Source: Rhodocyclaceae bacterium | GTDB taxonomy: Bacteria; Pseudomonadota; Gammaproteobacteria; Burkholderiales; Rhodocyclaceae | Assembly (NCBI GenBank): GCA_041396265.1 | Contig: JAWKYX010000009.1 | Span: 11,251 to 75,250, forward strand | DNA: 64,000 nucleotides | Direction: 5' to 3' | Shown: positions 42,385 to 52,105 of the stretch, one piece after another | Position numbering within the stretch: the first letter of the stretch is position 1 | How the letters are laid out: the number at the start of each line of letters is the position of its first letter | Position numbers and translations under genes: made by a program | The notes under the pieces: model-generated | Databases searched by the model: none | What the model was told of the DNA's origin: nothing | Seen by the model: only the letters and a program-made list of their open reading frames with translations

Positions 42385-43764
42385 ATGACCGTCGCCACCA
42401 TTACCTTTCACCGCCACCCCCCGCAACAGATTCACCCGCGCGAGACGGCCGGCCGCTACAACCGCCTGCGCTGGGCCATGGTGTGGTTCAGTCAGGTGAT
42501 TTTCTACGGCGCCTGCTGGCTGCGCTGGGACGACCGGCAGGCGGTGCTGTTCGACATTGCCGGACGCAAGGCCTACCTGTTCGGCCTGGTGCTGTGGCCG
42601 CAGGATGCGCTGCTGCTGGCCTGGACGCTGGTGCTGGCGGCGACGGCGCTGTTCTTCGTCACTGCGCTGGCGGGGCGGGTGTTCTGCGGCTTTGCCTGTC
42701 CGCAGACGGTGTATACCGCCATCTTCCGCTGGATCGAGGCGCGTATCGAGGGCGATCACCTGGCGCGGGCGCGGCGCGATGCGGCGCCCTGGGGCCCGGC
42801 CAAGCTGGCCCGGCGCGGCAGCAAGTTTGCGCTGTGGGCGCTGGTGGCCGGGTGGACCGGCATCACCTTTGTTGGCTACTTCACACCGATGCAGCCCTTG
42901 CTGACGGATCTGGCGGCGGGCGCGCCGGGGCCGTGGGCGGGGGCTTGGATCGTGGGGTACGCGTTGTTCACCTTCGTGCTGGCGGGCTTCGCGCGCGAGA
43001 TGGTGTGCCTGCACATGTGCCCGTACGCGCGCTTCCAGGGCGTGATGTTTGACGCCGACACGCTCACCATCGGCTATGACCAGCCCCGCGGCGAACCGCG
43101 CCGGCCGCGCGGGGCGCGCCAGGTCGAGCCGGCCGGCGACTGCGTGGCCTGTAATCAATGTGTGCAGGTGTGCCCGACCGGCATCGACATTCGCGACGGT
43201 CTGCAATACCAGTGCATCAATTGCGGCCTGTGTGCCGATGCCTGCGACACGGTGATGACCCATGTCGGCGCGCCCACCGGGCTGATCCGCATGATGTCGG
43301 CGCAGCCGGGCGGCCAGGCGGCCCACGGCTACTGGCGCGAGATCGCCCGGCGCCTGCGCACGCCGCGCGCACTGGCCTACCTGGCGGTGATGGCGGCGGT
43401 GAGCCTGGCCATGGCCTGGCAACTGGCCACGCGGGTGCCGCTGCAGCTCGACGTGCTGCGCGACCGCCAGTCACTGGCGCGCGAGGCGGCCGACGGGCGC
43501 ATCGAAAACAGCTACACCCTGCGCCTGCTGAACATGCGCGAAACCGCGCGGAGCGTAGCCATCGAGGTGCGCGACCTGCCCGGTGGCGCGCTGCTCGGCC
43601 CGGCCGTGCATACCGTCGAGGCCGGCCGGGTGAGCACGGTGTCGATCACCGTGGCGGCGCCGCCGGGTGAGCGCCGCCAGCAGCCGCTGCGGCTGCAGGT
43701 GCAGGCGCTGGACGGCTCGGGTGATCGCGCCGAGGCGGCCAGCGTGTTCTTCAACCCGCTGTGA
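42385..43764 (+). CDS. ccoG: Cytochrome c oxidase accessory protein CcoG/FixG
   Basis: GRVFCGFACPQTV, CLHMCPYARFQ, two 4Fe-4S CxxCxxCxxxCP clusters, IENSYTL. Confidence 0.93.
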   Translation: MTVATITFHRHPPQQIHPRETAGRYNRLRWAMVWFSQVIFYGACWLRWDDRQAVLFDIAGRKAYLFGLVLWPQDALLLAWTLVLAATALFFVTALAGRVFCGFACPQTVYTAIFRWIEARIEGDHLARARRDAAPWGPAKLARRGSKFALWALVAGWTGITFVGYFTPMQPLLTDLAAGAPGPWAGAWIVGYALFTFVLAGFAREMVCLHMCPYARFQGVMFDADTLTIGYDQPRGEPRRPRGARQVEPAGDCVACNQCVQVCPTGIDIRDGLQYQCINCGLCADACDTVMTHVGAPTGLIRMMSAQPGGQAAHGYWREIARRLRTPRALAYLAVMAAVSLAMAWQLATRVPLQLDVLRDRQSLAREAADGRIENSYTLRLLNMRETARSVAIEVRDLPGGALLGPAVHTVEAGRVSTVSITVAAPPGERRQQPLRLQVQALDGSGDRAEAASVFFNPL

Positions 43765-43770
43765 GCGTGC

Positions 43771-45575
43771 TCACAGGCCGAAGGCGAAAATGACGATCAG
43801 CCCGCCCAGCAGCCATGCGCCGCGCAGGGCACCGGCCTCGCGGTGGATCAGGCCGCGGCTGACCATCCACACGCCGAGGCCGATCTTCATGCAGGCCGCC
43901 AGCGCCAGCCATGGCGTGCTGCCCAGCGCGGTGAGCGCGGGGTTGGCGATGAAGGCCAGCGGCACGATGTACAGCCCGATGCCCAGGCGCATCGCATGCC
44001 AGGCCACGCTCAACCACGGCGCGCCGGCCATGCCGGCGGCGATGAACACCGCGCCGCACACCGGCGGGGTGATGGTCGACAGCAGCGCGAACCAGAAGAT
44101 GAACAGGTGCGCATGCAGCGGCTCGACGCCGATCTCGATCAGCGCCGGGCCGGCCACCGCCACGCAGATCACATAGGCCGCGGTGGTCGGCACCTCCATG
44201 CCGAGGATCAGGCAGGCCAGGCCGGTGAGCAGCAGCGCGCCCCACAGGTTGCCGCCCGACAGGCCGAGGATCAGCGAGGTGATCTTGACCCCCAGGCCGG
44301 TGATGTTGAGCACGCCGATGATCAGCCCGGCGCAGAAGATGATGGCGGCGATGGTGGCGATCTGCCGCGCCGCGCTCACCGCCGCCTCGACCAGCCGCGC
44401 GCCCCAGCGGCGCAGAGACGGGCGCAGGCGGGCGTCGAACAGCAGCAGCGCCGCGCTGGCGCCGGTGGCCGCCGCGCCGGCGTATTGCGGCGTGTTGCCC
44501 GACAGGAACAGGATCGCCAGCAACAGGCCGAAGGGGATCAGGAAGAACAGTACCAGCCGCGCCACGCGCGCAAAGGGCGGGATGTCTTCCCGGCGCATCG
44601 GCTCCAGCCCGTAGCGCCTGCCGTAGAGGTCGCAGCCGGCCCACACCCCCCAGAAAAACAGCACCGCCGGCAGCAGCGCGGCCATCAACACCTCGTTGTA
44701 GGTGGTGCGCAGCAGCTCGACCATGATGAAGGCGCCGGCGCCCATCACCGGCGGCATGATCTGCCCACCCGACGATGCCACCGCCTCCACCGCCGCCGCC
44801 AGCGCCGGCGGATAGCCGAGGCGCTTCATGGTGGGCAGGGTGATGGCGCCGGTGGAGGCCACGTTGGCCGAGGCCGAGCCGGAGATCGAGCCGAACAGCG
44901 CCGAGGACAACACCGACACCTTGGCCGCGCCCGCGCGCAGCCGCCCGGCCAGCGCGATCGATGCTGCCATGAAACCCTGCCCGCCCTCACCCGCGCCGAC
45001 CACCGCGCCGAGAATCACGAACACCGCCACCACCTCGGCCGAGACGCCGGTGAGGCTGCCCCACAGCCCGCCCTCGGTGATCGTCAGCGTGCCCAGAAAA
45101 CTCGCCAGCGGAATGCCCGCATGGCCCAGCTCGCCCGGCAGATACTGGCCAAACAGCCCATACAGCAGCGCCAGCACGGCAGTGCCGGGCATGGCCCACT
45201 TCACCTGCCGGCGCGCCATCTCCAGCGCCAGCAGGATCAGCCCCCAGGCCACCACGAACTGCAGGGGGCCGCGCAGGCGGCCGTATTGGTTGTCCAGCAG
45301 ATCGTGCTGCACCACCACAAACAGGCAGGCCGCCAGCCCGAAGGCGCACAGCAGCACATCCACGACGCACGCCAGCCGCTGGCCGGCCGCGCGGAAAACA
45401 GGAACACGAAGGGCAGCGTGGCGATGATGTGCAGCGGCCGGCTGATCAGATGCGGAATCAGCCCCGCCATTACCAGCCAAAGGTGATAGGCGACCGAGGC
45501 GAAGGCCAGCGTTACCATCACGGAGTGCAGCGAAAACAGAGGTCTGCTCGGTGCCAGTCGGCGTGTGTCTGTCAT
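43771..45575 (-). CDS. TRAP (TAXI) fused 4TM/12TM permease, frameshift near 45390
   Basis: ISGSASANV, EAVASSGGQIMPPVMGAGAF, ITPPVC; N-terminus (RPLH) in another frame starting at 45575. Confidence 0.88.
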
Positions 45576-45617
45576 GGGGCGTCGGATGGCCCGCGTGAGC
45601 GCGGGTCTGTGCGGTAC

Positions 45618-45653
45618 AAAAGCAGCGCGGCGTCCTCGGACGCCGCGCTGCTT
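45618..45653 (-). terminator. Strong intergenic hairpin (terminator or mRNA stabiliser) after the TAXI gene
   Basis: AAGCAGCGCGGCGTCC/GGACGCCGCGCTGCTT stem followed by a T-run on the minus strand. Confidence 0.6.
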
Positions 45654-45663
45654 CAGGAGCGGA

Positions 45664-46632
45664 TCACTTCAAGCGGTCGGGCACCGGAATGCCGGCCTCG
45701 CGGTAATACCTGAGCGCCCCCGGATGCAGCTTGACGGCGATGTTCTCGAGCAGCGAGGCGTCGATGCTCTTCCACCACGGGTTGGACTTGGCCATGGCCG
45801 CCAGCCCCTCCCAGTAGGCGCGGGTGAGCTGGTAGGCGGTGGCCTCGTCCATGTCCGACAGCGCATAGGCGACCACCGGCAGCGAGGTGGTCACCACGTC
45901 CTCATCCACGCCCGGGTAGGTGCCCTTGGGGATCACCAGCCGCGTGCGGCCGGACGCCTTGATCTGATCCTCGCTCATCGACAGCAGGCGTACCGGCGAG
46001 CTGGCCGCCACCTCCACCACGTTCGGCGCCGGCCACGAACCGGCGGTGGCAAAGCCGTCCACCTGGCGGTTCTTCATCGCCGCACCGGCGCCCGACAGCT
46101 CGATGTCGATCACCTCGACCTTGCCCTCCAGCCCCAGCTGCTTGAAGGTCTTGACCGCCTCGGTGGCACCGAACGAACCCTTGCCCGTCACGAAACGCTT
46201 GCCGGCCAGGTCGGCAAAACTGTGGATGCCCGCATCGGCCCGCACCACGTAGTGCATGGTCAGCGACGGGATCGGGAACATGCCGCGGATCTTCTTGAAC
46301 GCCTCGTCGGCCGGCTCGAACGGTTTCTCGCCCGCCGCCGCCTTCTCCACCAGCGCCGGGGGCGAGGTGAACATGTAGTGCGAACCGCGCGCCGCCGACT
46401 CCATCACGTTCTGCACCGAACCCTGGCTCTCCTCCACGGTCACGATGATGCCGCCACCGCTGGCCGCCTTCACCGTCTCGCCGATCTGTACCGCCATCTG
46501 GTAGTACGACGTGCCCGCCTTGGCGGCCTTCAGCGTCACGCGGGTTTCGGCCGCCGCCAGGGAAGAAGTCAGGGCCAGCGCCAGTGCCGTGCCCAGGGTT
46601 GCAACGCGTCCAAGCATCATTGTGATCTCCAT
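45664..46632 (-). CDS. TAXI-family TRAP solute-binding protein
   Basis: Signal peptide, GTSYY, SQGSVQN, IPKGTYPG, LHPGALRYY. Confidence 0.93.
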   Translation of the reverse strand: MEITMMLGRVATLGTALALALTSSLAAAETRVTLKAAKAGTSYYQMAVQIGETVKAASGGGIIVTVEESQGSVQNVMESAARGSHYMFTSPPALVEKAAAGEKPFEPADEAFKKIRGMFPIPSLTMHYVVRADAGIHSFADLAGKRFVTGKGSFGATEAVKTFKQLGLEGKVEVIDIELSGAGAAMKNRQVDGFATAGSWPAPNVVEVAASSPVRLLSMSEDQIKASGRTRLVIPKGTYPGVDEDVVTTSLPVVAYALSDMDEATAYQLTRAYWEGLAAMAKSNPWWKSIDASLLENIAVKLHPGALRYYREAGIPVPDRLK

Positions 46633-46817
46633 CGATTCGCGTTCGCCGGGAGCGGGGCGAACAGGTCAGGACCGGGCCTGACGGATTTGTTGGTTCTTGT
46701 TGTGGATGAATCTTGCCGGCATCGGGGGGCGATGCAACGAAAGTACTATGGCACAAACATCCGTACAGGGCAGCGGATTTGTTGGTGTGAGCGATGTGCG
46801 GCCAGGGGGAGCGGCTG

Positions 46818-49232
46818 GTTTCAATCCACGCCCCTCGTTGCCGAGGGGCGAAGCCCGCGTCACCACGGCCCGAAAATCCCGCCGATGCGCGTTTCAATCC
46901 ACGCCCCTCGTTGCCGAGGGGCGAAGCGCCACATCGGATTGTGAAGGCCGTCGCGGTCAATGCGGTTTCAATCCACGCCCCTCGTTGCCGAGGGGCGAAG
47001 CCATCGGGGCGCTCAACCCCAACGAGATCCGCGAGTACGTTTCAATCCACGCCCCTCGTTGCCGAGGGGCGAAGCGCTCGTAGAGGATCTTGGGCCGGCC
47101 GTCGGGCAGGTTTCAATCCACGCCCCTCGTTGCCGAGGGGCGAAGCTTGCGGCGGCATTCGTGGCGGCGGTATGGCTCAAGTTTCAATCCACGCCCCTCG
47201 TTGCCGAGGGGCGAAGCCCTTGCAACCGCGCGCCATGAATTCATCGAGCGGTTTCAATCCACGCCCGTTGCCGAGGGGCGAAGACGCCGATCCGGTGCGA
47301 GGGCTGAATCCACCGGGCACGCAGTTTCATCCACGCCCTCGTTGCCGAGGGGCGAAGCTTCACGGGGCCGTCGAGAAGTTCAAACAGCCATTCGAGCGAA
47401 TTTCTTGAATCCACGCCCCGTTGCCGAGGGCGAAGCGAAATCATCCGCATGGCCCGGTCGTGGAGTTACGCGGTTTCAATCCATGCGCCCCTCGTTGCCG
47501 AGGGGCGAAGCCGCCATCGGTTCGGCGCAAGCCCATCACCGTCTCAGCTTCATCCACGCCCTCGTTGCCGAGGGGCGAAGCGAACACCAAAGGACCAGAC
47601 GGCCACGCCAAACCCATGTTTCATCCACGCCCCTCGTTGCCGAGGGGCGAAGCAGTCCGAGCACAAACAATGCATCGAGGCCGGTCAATACCATCCACGC
47701 CTTCGCCGAGGGGCGAAGCTGTTGATGGGCCGTGCGAGGATCGAAATGGCGTCGAGGCGTGTTTTCCAAATCCACGCCCTCGCTGCCGAGGGGCGAAGCA
47801 CAGCGGCACGCGAATCAGTGTGGCCGGGATGCTGTTGTTTCATCCACGCCCCTCGTTGCCGAGGGGCGAAGCTTGTTCAAGCCGAGGAAGTCTGGCGCTC
47901 GGTGAGTCAGTAAGTTTCATCCACGCCCTCGTTGCCGAGGGGCGAAGCGGCCATGTCGGTGAGCTTGCCGGGCTCTGGGGTGTTTTCATCCACGCCCCTC
48001 GCCGCCGAGGCGAAGCGACATCCCCCAGGTGCTCGGTTTCGATCAGCGTGTTTTCATCCACGCCCTCGCCGCGCCGAGGTGCCAGCTTTGACGGCGGTTA
48101 ACGCATTGTCGGTCGAGCGGAGTTTTCATCCTCTCACGCTCCCCGTTGCCGAGGGCGAAGCAAAGAAAGGCTATCCGGACTGACGCATCAACACCCGGTT
48201 TCAACCACGCCCTCGCTGCCGAGGGGCGAAGCGCCCAAATCATTGCCGCCACCATTACGACGCCAGCACGGGGAGGTTTCAACCACGCCTCGTTGCCGAG
48301 GGGCGAAGCCGCGCGGTCTGTCGGTGGCGCCGGCGAGGTTTGTAACGTTTCAATCCACACGCCCTCGTTGCTGAGGGGCGAAGCACACAGGATGGCGCGC
48401 TCGGTGGGCTCCGGAAGCCAGCTTCGATCCACGCCCCTCGTTGCCGAGGCGAAGCCAGCGCAAAAAGCCGCGCGCCGCCTAAGCCTGTCGAAGTTTCCAA
48501 TCCACGCCCTCGTTGCCGAGGGGCGAGCGACAGCGGCACGGCCGCGCTGCGCACGGCCGTGCCGGCAGGTTTCAATCCACGCCCCTCGCCGCCGAGGGCG
48601 AAGCAGCCTTGCCAAAACGCACTGCCCTGGATTCCAGTCGATAGCCACGTTTCAATCCACGCCCCTCGTTGCCGAGCGAAGCATCGAACTGGAGTCTGTA
48701 CTGATGGCGAATGAAATCGTTTTCTGAAGTCCACGCCCTCGGCTGCCGAGGGCGAAGCTCGCATGCCGGCAGGATGAATGGCTGGGTAATTAATCCACGC
48801 CTCGTTGCCGAGGGGCGAAGCCGGTGACCGGCCATAATTGCCGCCACCAACATAGCCATCCACGCCCCCGCTTGCCGAGGGCGAAGCTCAGCCCGGCTCG
48901 GTGCCAGCGCCGACGATACCAATCCACGCCCTCGTTGCCGAGGGGCTACGACGATCGTGGCGCGCCGCTCATCGACATCGAGTTTAACCACGCCCTCGTT
49001 GCCGAGGGGGCTAGGCCGGGATACTTGCCGCTGCTTAATGCTTGCCGAAAACGTAGTTTCAATCCACGCCTCGTTGCCGAGGGCGAGTTTCCCGCCATGC
49101 GGATATCTGCAGAACGGATATCCAGGTTTCATCCACGCCCCCCGTTGCCGAGGGGCGAAGCCTGGGTTACTTGCTTGTGGAGTCGATGACGGAACGTTTC
49201 AATCCACGCCCCTCGTTGCCGAGGGGCGAAGC
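46818..49232 (-). CRISPR. Type I-C CRISPR array, about 34 repeats (37 bp) and about 33 spacers
   Basis: Plus-strand consensus GTTTCAATCCACGCCCCTCGTTGCCGAGGGGCGAAGC at roughly 70-75 bp period; minus strand ends ATTGAAAC; the first six and the last copy match consensus, most internal copies carry indels. Confidence 0.97.
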
Positions 49233-49420
49233 TCTTCATCGGCAACTGATTGATTTGACGTGCCTGCGGTGTTGAGTTGCGCGAACCAGGCTGCGCAGGC
49301 TGGACACGATCGGGGTTGCGAATGAGCGAATCATGAAAAATGTCGTCGATTCAGAGCCTTGTGACTCGCGCGAACCCCATGGCGGTTTCTCCATCGCTTG
49401 GGGTTCGCGCGTCGTCGATT
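49233..49420 (-). promoter_or_regulatory. CRISPR leader
   Basis: Non-coding gap between cas2 stop and the nearest repeat; CGCGAACC repeats and a CGCGCGAACCCCA/TGGGGTTCGCGCG hairpin. Confidence 0.75.
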
Positions 49421-49711
49421 CTACAAGACGAGCGGGCCTTCGAAGTCGGTGGCGCGGAAGGTGCCGTGCTCTCGCACTTCGGCGCCGCGGCTGTCGGGCA
49501 GCCGGTAGAGGCGCAGGTTGTCTTCGTCGAGTTCGATTTCGGAGAGCAATCGCTGTTCGAGGGCTTCGAGCTGCATCCGGTCGATCTGGAACTCGAAGAC
49601 AGATTTCTGGACCCGTTGGCCGACACCTTCGCAGACCTTGGCCACGCGGCGCAGGCGACGACGACCGGCACGGGTTTCGGTGTTGATGTCGTAGCAGGCG
49701 ATGACCAGCAT
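49421..49711 (-). CDS. cas2: CRISPR-associated Cas2
   Basis: YDI...[12 protein letters not shown]...[15 protein letters not shown]. Confidence 0.97.
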   Translation of the reverse strand: MLVIACYDINTETRAGRRRLRRVAKVCEGVGQRVQKSVFEFQIDRMQLEALEQRLLSEIELDEDNLRLYRLPDSRGAEVREHGTFRATDFEGPLVL

Positions 49712-49714
49712 GGC

Positions 49715-50743
49715 TTACCTCGTGAGATAGGGCGGGTAGTCGTGGGTTTCTTCGCGCAGGGTGCGGGCGAGCAGCCGGGCCTGGACGAGGGGGATGAGGC
49801 CAAGGGCGACCGGCTGGGCCAGCAGGGTGTGGGTGATCTGCTCTTGTTTGCGCTCCTGCCAGGCGACCACGACGGTCTTGCGGGCATCGCCTTCGAGCAT
49901 GACGGCGCCGCCTTCGCGGTGCTCGAAATCGTCTGCATGGATCTGGCCCCGGTTGATGAGGGTGAGCGCGAGGCGGTCGGCGACATGACGGAACTCTTCC
50001 ATCAGGTCGAGAGCGAGGGCCGCGCGGCCGGGGCGCAGGGCGTGGAGAAAGCCGACTTGCGGGTCGAGCCCGGCTGCCTCCAGCGCGGAGCGGCAGTCGT
50101 TCATGAGCATGCTGTAGAGGAAGGAGAGCACGGCATTGAAGCGGTCGCGGGGCGGGCGGCGGCTGCGGCCGTTCATCAGGAAGGCGTCGCGCATGTCCTT
50201 GCGCAGCAGCAGGTTGAGCGCGCTGAAGTATTGCCGCGCGGCTTCGCCTTCGAGGCCGCGCAAGGTGTCGAGGTCGGCTGCTGTGGGCAGTGCGCGCAGG
50301 CTGGCGGCCAGGTCTTTGGCGGTGCGGGTGATCTGGCTGGCCTCGGCGGCATCCTTGGCTTCGCGTGCACCACGCAGTAGCACCTGGCGGCTGTTGCGGA
50401 TTTTGCCGGCCACGAAGTTGCGCGCCACGGCGAGCGCGAAGGCTGGGTCGCGGGCCTTGTCGAACTGGGCGGCGCGCAACAACACGTTGCCGGAAACCGG
50501 GCCTTCGAGCCGCGCCTTGAAGCGGCCGTTGCCGTCGAGCATGACGAGCGATATGCCTGCGTCGGCAACACGGTGAATGAGGGGCGTGGATAGCCGGATG
50601 TTGCCAAGGCAGACGATGGCGCCGAGGTGGTGCAGCGGTACGCGCAGGCGGGTGTCGTGTTCGACTTCGACCCGCAGGGTGTCGTTGTCCAGGTGCAGGT
50701 AGCTGTCCGGCGTGGTGACGTAGAGCGTGTTGAGCAGTTGCAT
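49715..50743 (-). CDS. cas1: CRISPR-associated Cas1 (I-C)
   Basis: LNTLYVTT, GNVLLR, LRGLEGEAA..YF, RRPPRD..NA.LSFLY, LDLMEEFR. Confidence 0.97.
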   Translation of the reverse strand: MQLLNTLYVTTPDSYLHLDNDTLRVEVEHDTRLRVPLHHLGAIVCLGNIRLSTPLIHRVADAGISLVMLDGNGRFKARLEGPVSGNVLLRAAQFDKARDPAFALAVARNFVAGKIRNSRQVLLRGAREAKDAAEASQITRTAKDLAASLRALPTAADLDTLRGLEGEAARQYFSALNLLLRKDMRDAFLMNGRSRRPPRDRFNAVLSFLYSMLMNDCRSALEAAGLDPQVGFLHALRPGRAALALDLMEEFRHVADRLALTLINRGQIHADDFEHREGGAVMLEGDARKTVVVAWQERKQEQITHTLLAQPVALGLIPLVQARLLARTLREETHDYPPYLTR

Positions 50744-50745
50744 GG

Positions 50746-51372
50746 TCAGGCATCCGGGTCGAACAGATGGGAAGGGGTGTCGGCCAGGCGCGTCAGGGCG
50801 TCGGGTTGGCACAGGTCGCGCAATGAGCAGGCGTGGCAGCGGTCGTCGTTGACCGGCGGCGGGGTGCGCCGGGCGGCGAGCATCTGCCGTATCTCGCGGG
50901 TGGCCGATTCGACGCGCTCGCGCAGGGCGGGGGTGATCGATACGACCCGGCGCCGCTTCGATGTGGCGTAGAACAGCGCGCCTTCCGGCACGGGTTTGCT
51001 GGTCATCTCTTCCAGGCACAGGGCCTGTGCGGCCAGTTGCAGGTCGTCGCAGGCGGCGACGGCGGCCTTCTTGTTGCGGCTGCCGTGTTTGTACTCGACA
51101 GGGTAGGCGGTGCCGTCGGGCAGGAATTCCACCACATCGGCCTTGCCGATCAACCCGAGGCGCTCGCTCCACACCGGCAGTGCCCGCTCGACGCGCAGGC
51201 CGGGGCGTAGTTCCACGCCGGGTTGATCGACACGCGCGTGCACGGCTTGACCGCGCTGGGTGTAGAGGTTGTCTTCGAACACCTGTTCCAGATGGATCAA
51301 GGCCCACTGGCGCGGGCAATAGGCCCAGTGCTGCAGGGCGGACAACGGGATGAAATCGTCGCCGTCAGTCAT
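50746..51372 (-). CDS. cas4: CRISPR-associated exonuclease Cas4
   Basis: LQHWAYCPRQWAL, GKADVVEF, PVEYK, QALCLEEM, CHACSLRDLC. Confidence 0.96.
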   Translation of the reverse strand: MTDGDDFIPLSALQHWAYCPRQWALIHLEQVFEDNLYTQRGQAVHARVDQPGVELRPGLRVERALPVWSERLGLIGKADVVEFLPDGTAYPVEYKHGSRNKKAAVAACDDLQLAAQALCLEEMTSKPVPEGALFYATSKRRRVVSITPALRERVESATREIRQMLAARRTPPPVNDDRCHACSLRDLCQPDALTRLADTPSHLFDPDA

Positions 51373-51387
51373 TGCGCTTGAAGCTTC

Positions 51388-51422
51388 TGATTGCGTTGCT
51401 ATCATTGATAGCGTTGTTATCA
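51388..51422. promoter_or_regulatory. FitA-type operator half-sites between divergent cas4 and antitoxin
   Basis: TGCTATCA-T-TGATAGCG palindrome (51397-51413) with related half-sites TGATTGCG (51388) and TGTTATCA (51415). Confidence 0.65.
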
Positions 51423-51434
51423 AAGGAGTGGGTC

Positions 51435-51683
51435 ATGGCTGACATGGTGCTGAGAAATCTGGACGACGATCTGAAGCAGCGGCTGCGCGAGCGCGCGGCC
51501 AGGCATGGCCGTTCGATGTCGGCCGAACTGCGCGCCATCGTGGCGGAGGCGCTGTCGCGCCCCGAGCCGGCAGACCCGGTCGAGGAGTTCAAACGCCTCG
51601 CGGCCAAGGTGCGAGCCTTAAGCGCCGGGCGGCCGCAAACGCCCTCCGAGGAATTGCTGCGCCAGAGCCGGGACGAGCGATGA
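51435..51683 (+). CDS. FitA/StbC-like ribbon-helix-helix antitoxin
   Basis: AAGGAG RBS; MADMVLRNLDDDLKQRLRERAARHGRSMSAELRAIV; ATGA overlap with toxin. Confidence 0.9.
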   Translation: MADMVLRNLDDDLKQRLRERAARHGRSMSAELRAIVAEALSRPEPADPVEEFKRLAAKVRALSAGRPQTPSEELLRQSRDER

Positions 51684-52105
51684 GGTGGGTGGTCGATGCC
51701 AGCGTCGCTGCCAAATGGTTTGCGCCAGAGCCCGACGCGGAGGCGGCACAACGGATATTGGGGTACGAACTGTATGCCCCGGATCTGCTGTTCGCCGAAG
51801 TGGCCAATATCTTGTGGAAGAAGCAGCGGCGCGGCGAGCTGGCGGACGAGGTGCCCGAGATCGCCGCCCGCATGTTGCTGGGCATCGGCGTGCATGCGAG
51901 CCCCTGCGCCGACCTGATGCCCGAGGCGAGCGCGCTGGCGGCTCGCCTCGACCACCCCGCCTACGACTGCTTCTATCTGGCGCTGGCGGTGCGCCATGGC
52001 ATCGCCATGGTGACGGCAGACCGGCGTCTGGTCGCCCGCTGCCAGCAGCCTGACGCCGCCGATCTGCAGCAGTTCGTCCGGCCGCTGGCAGCGTTCGAGC
52101 ATTAA
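51680..52105 (+). CDS. vapC: PIN-domain VapC-family toxin
   Basis: [39 protein letters not shown] acidic tetrad. Confidence 0.93.
   Translation: MRWVVDASVAAKWFAPEPDAEAAQRILGYELYAPDLLFAEVANILWKKQRRGELADEVPEIAARMLLGIGVHASPCADLMPEASALAARLDHPAYDCFYLALAVRHGIAMVTADRRLVARCQQPDAADLQQFVRPLAAFEH

Noticed and set aside
46818-49232. Self-targeting spacers within the window
   Set aside because: No match noticed by eye; this cannot be excluded without alignment, and internal spacers may contain errors
46697-49253. ORFs with repeated FNPRPSLPRGEA / SIHAPRCRGAK peptides
   Set aside because: Translations of CRISPR repeats
51373-51434. CreTA-like RNA toxin-antitoxin or mini-CRISPR in cas intergenic gaps
   Set aside because: No repeat-like sequence seen here, in the cas3-cas5 gap or upstream of wyl
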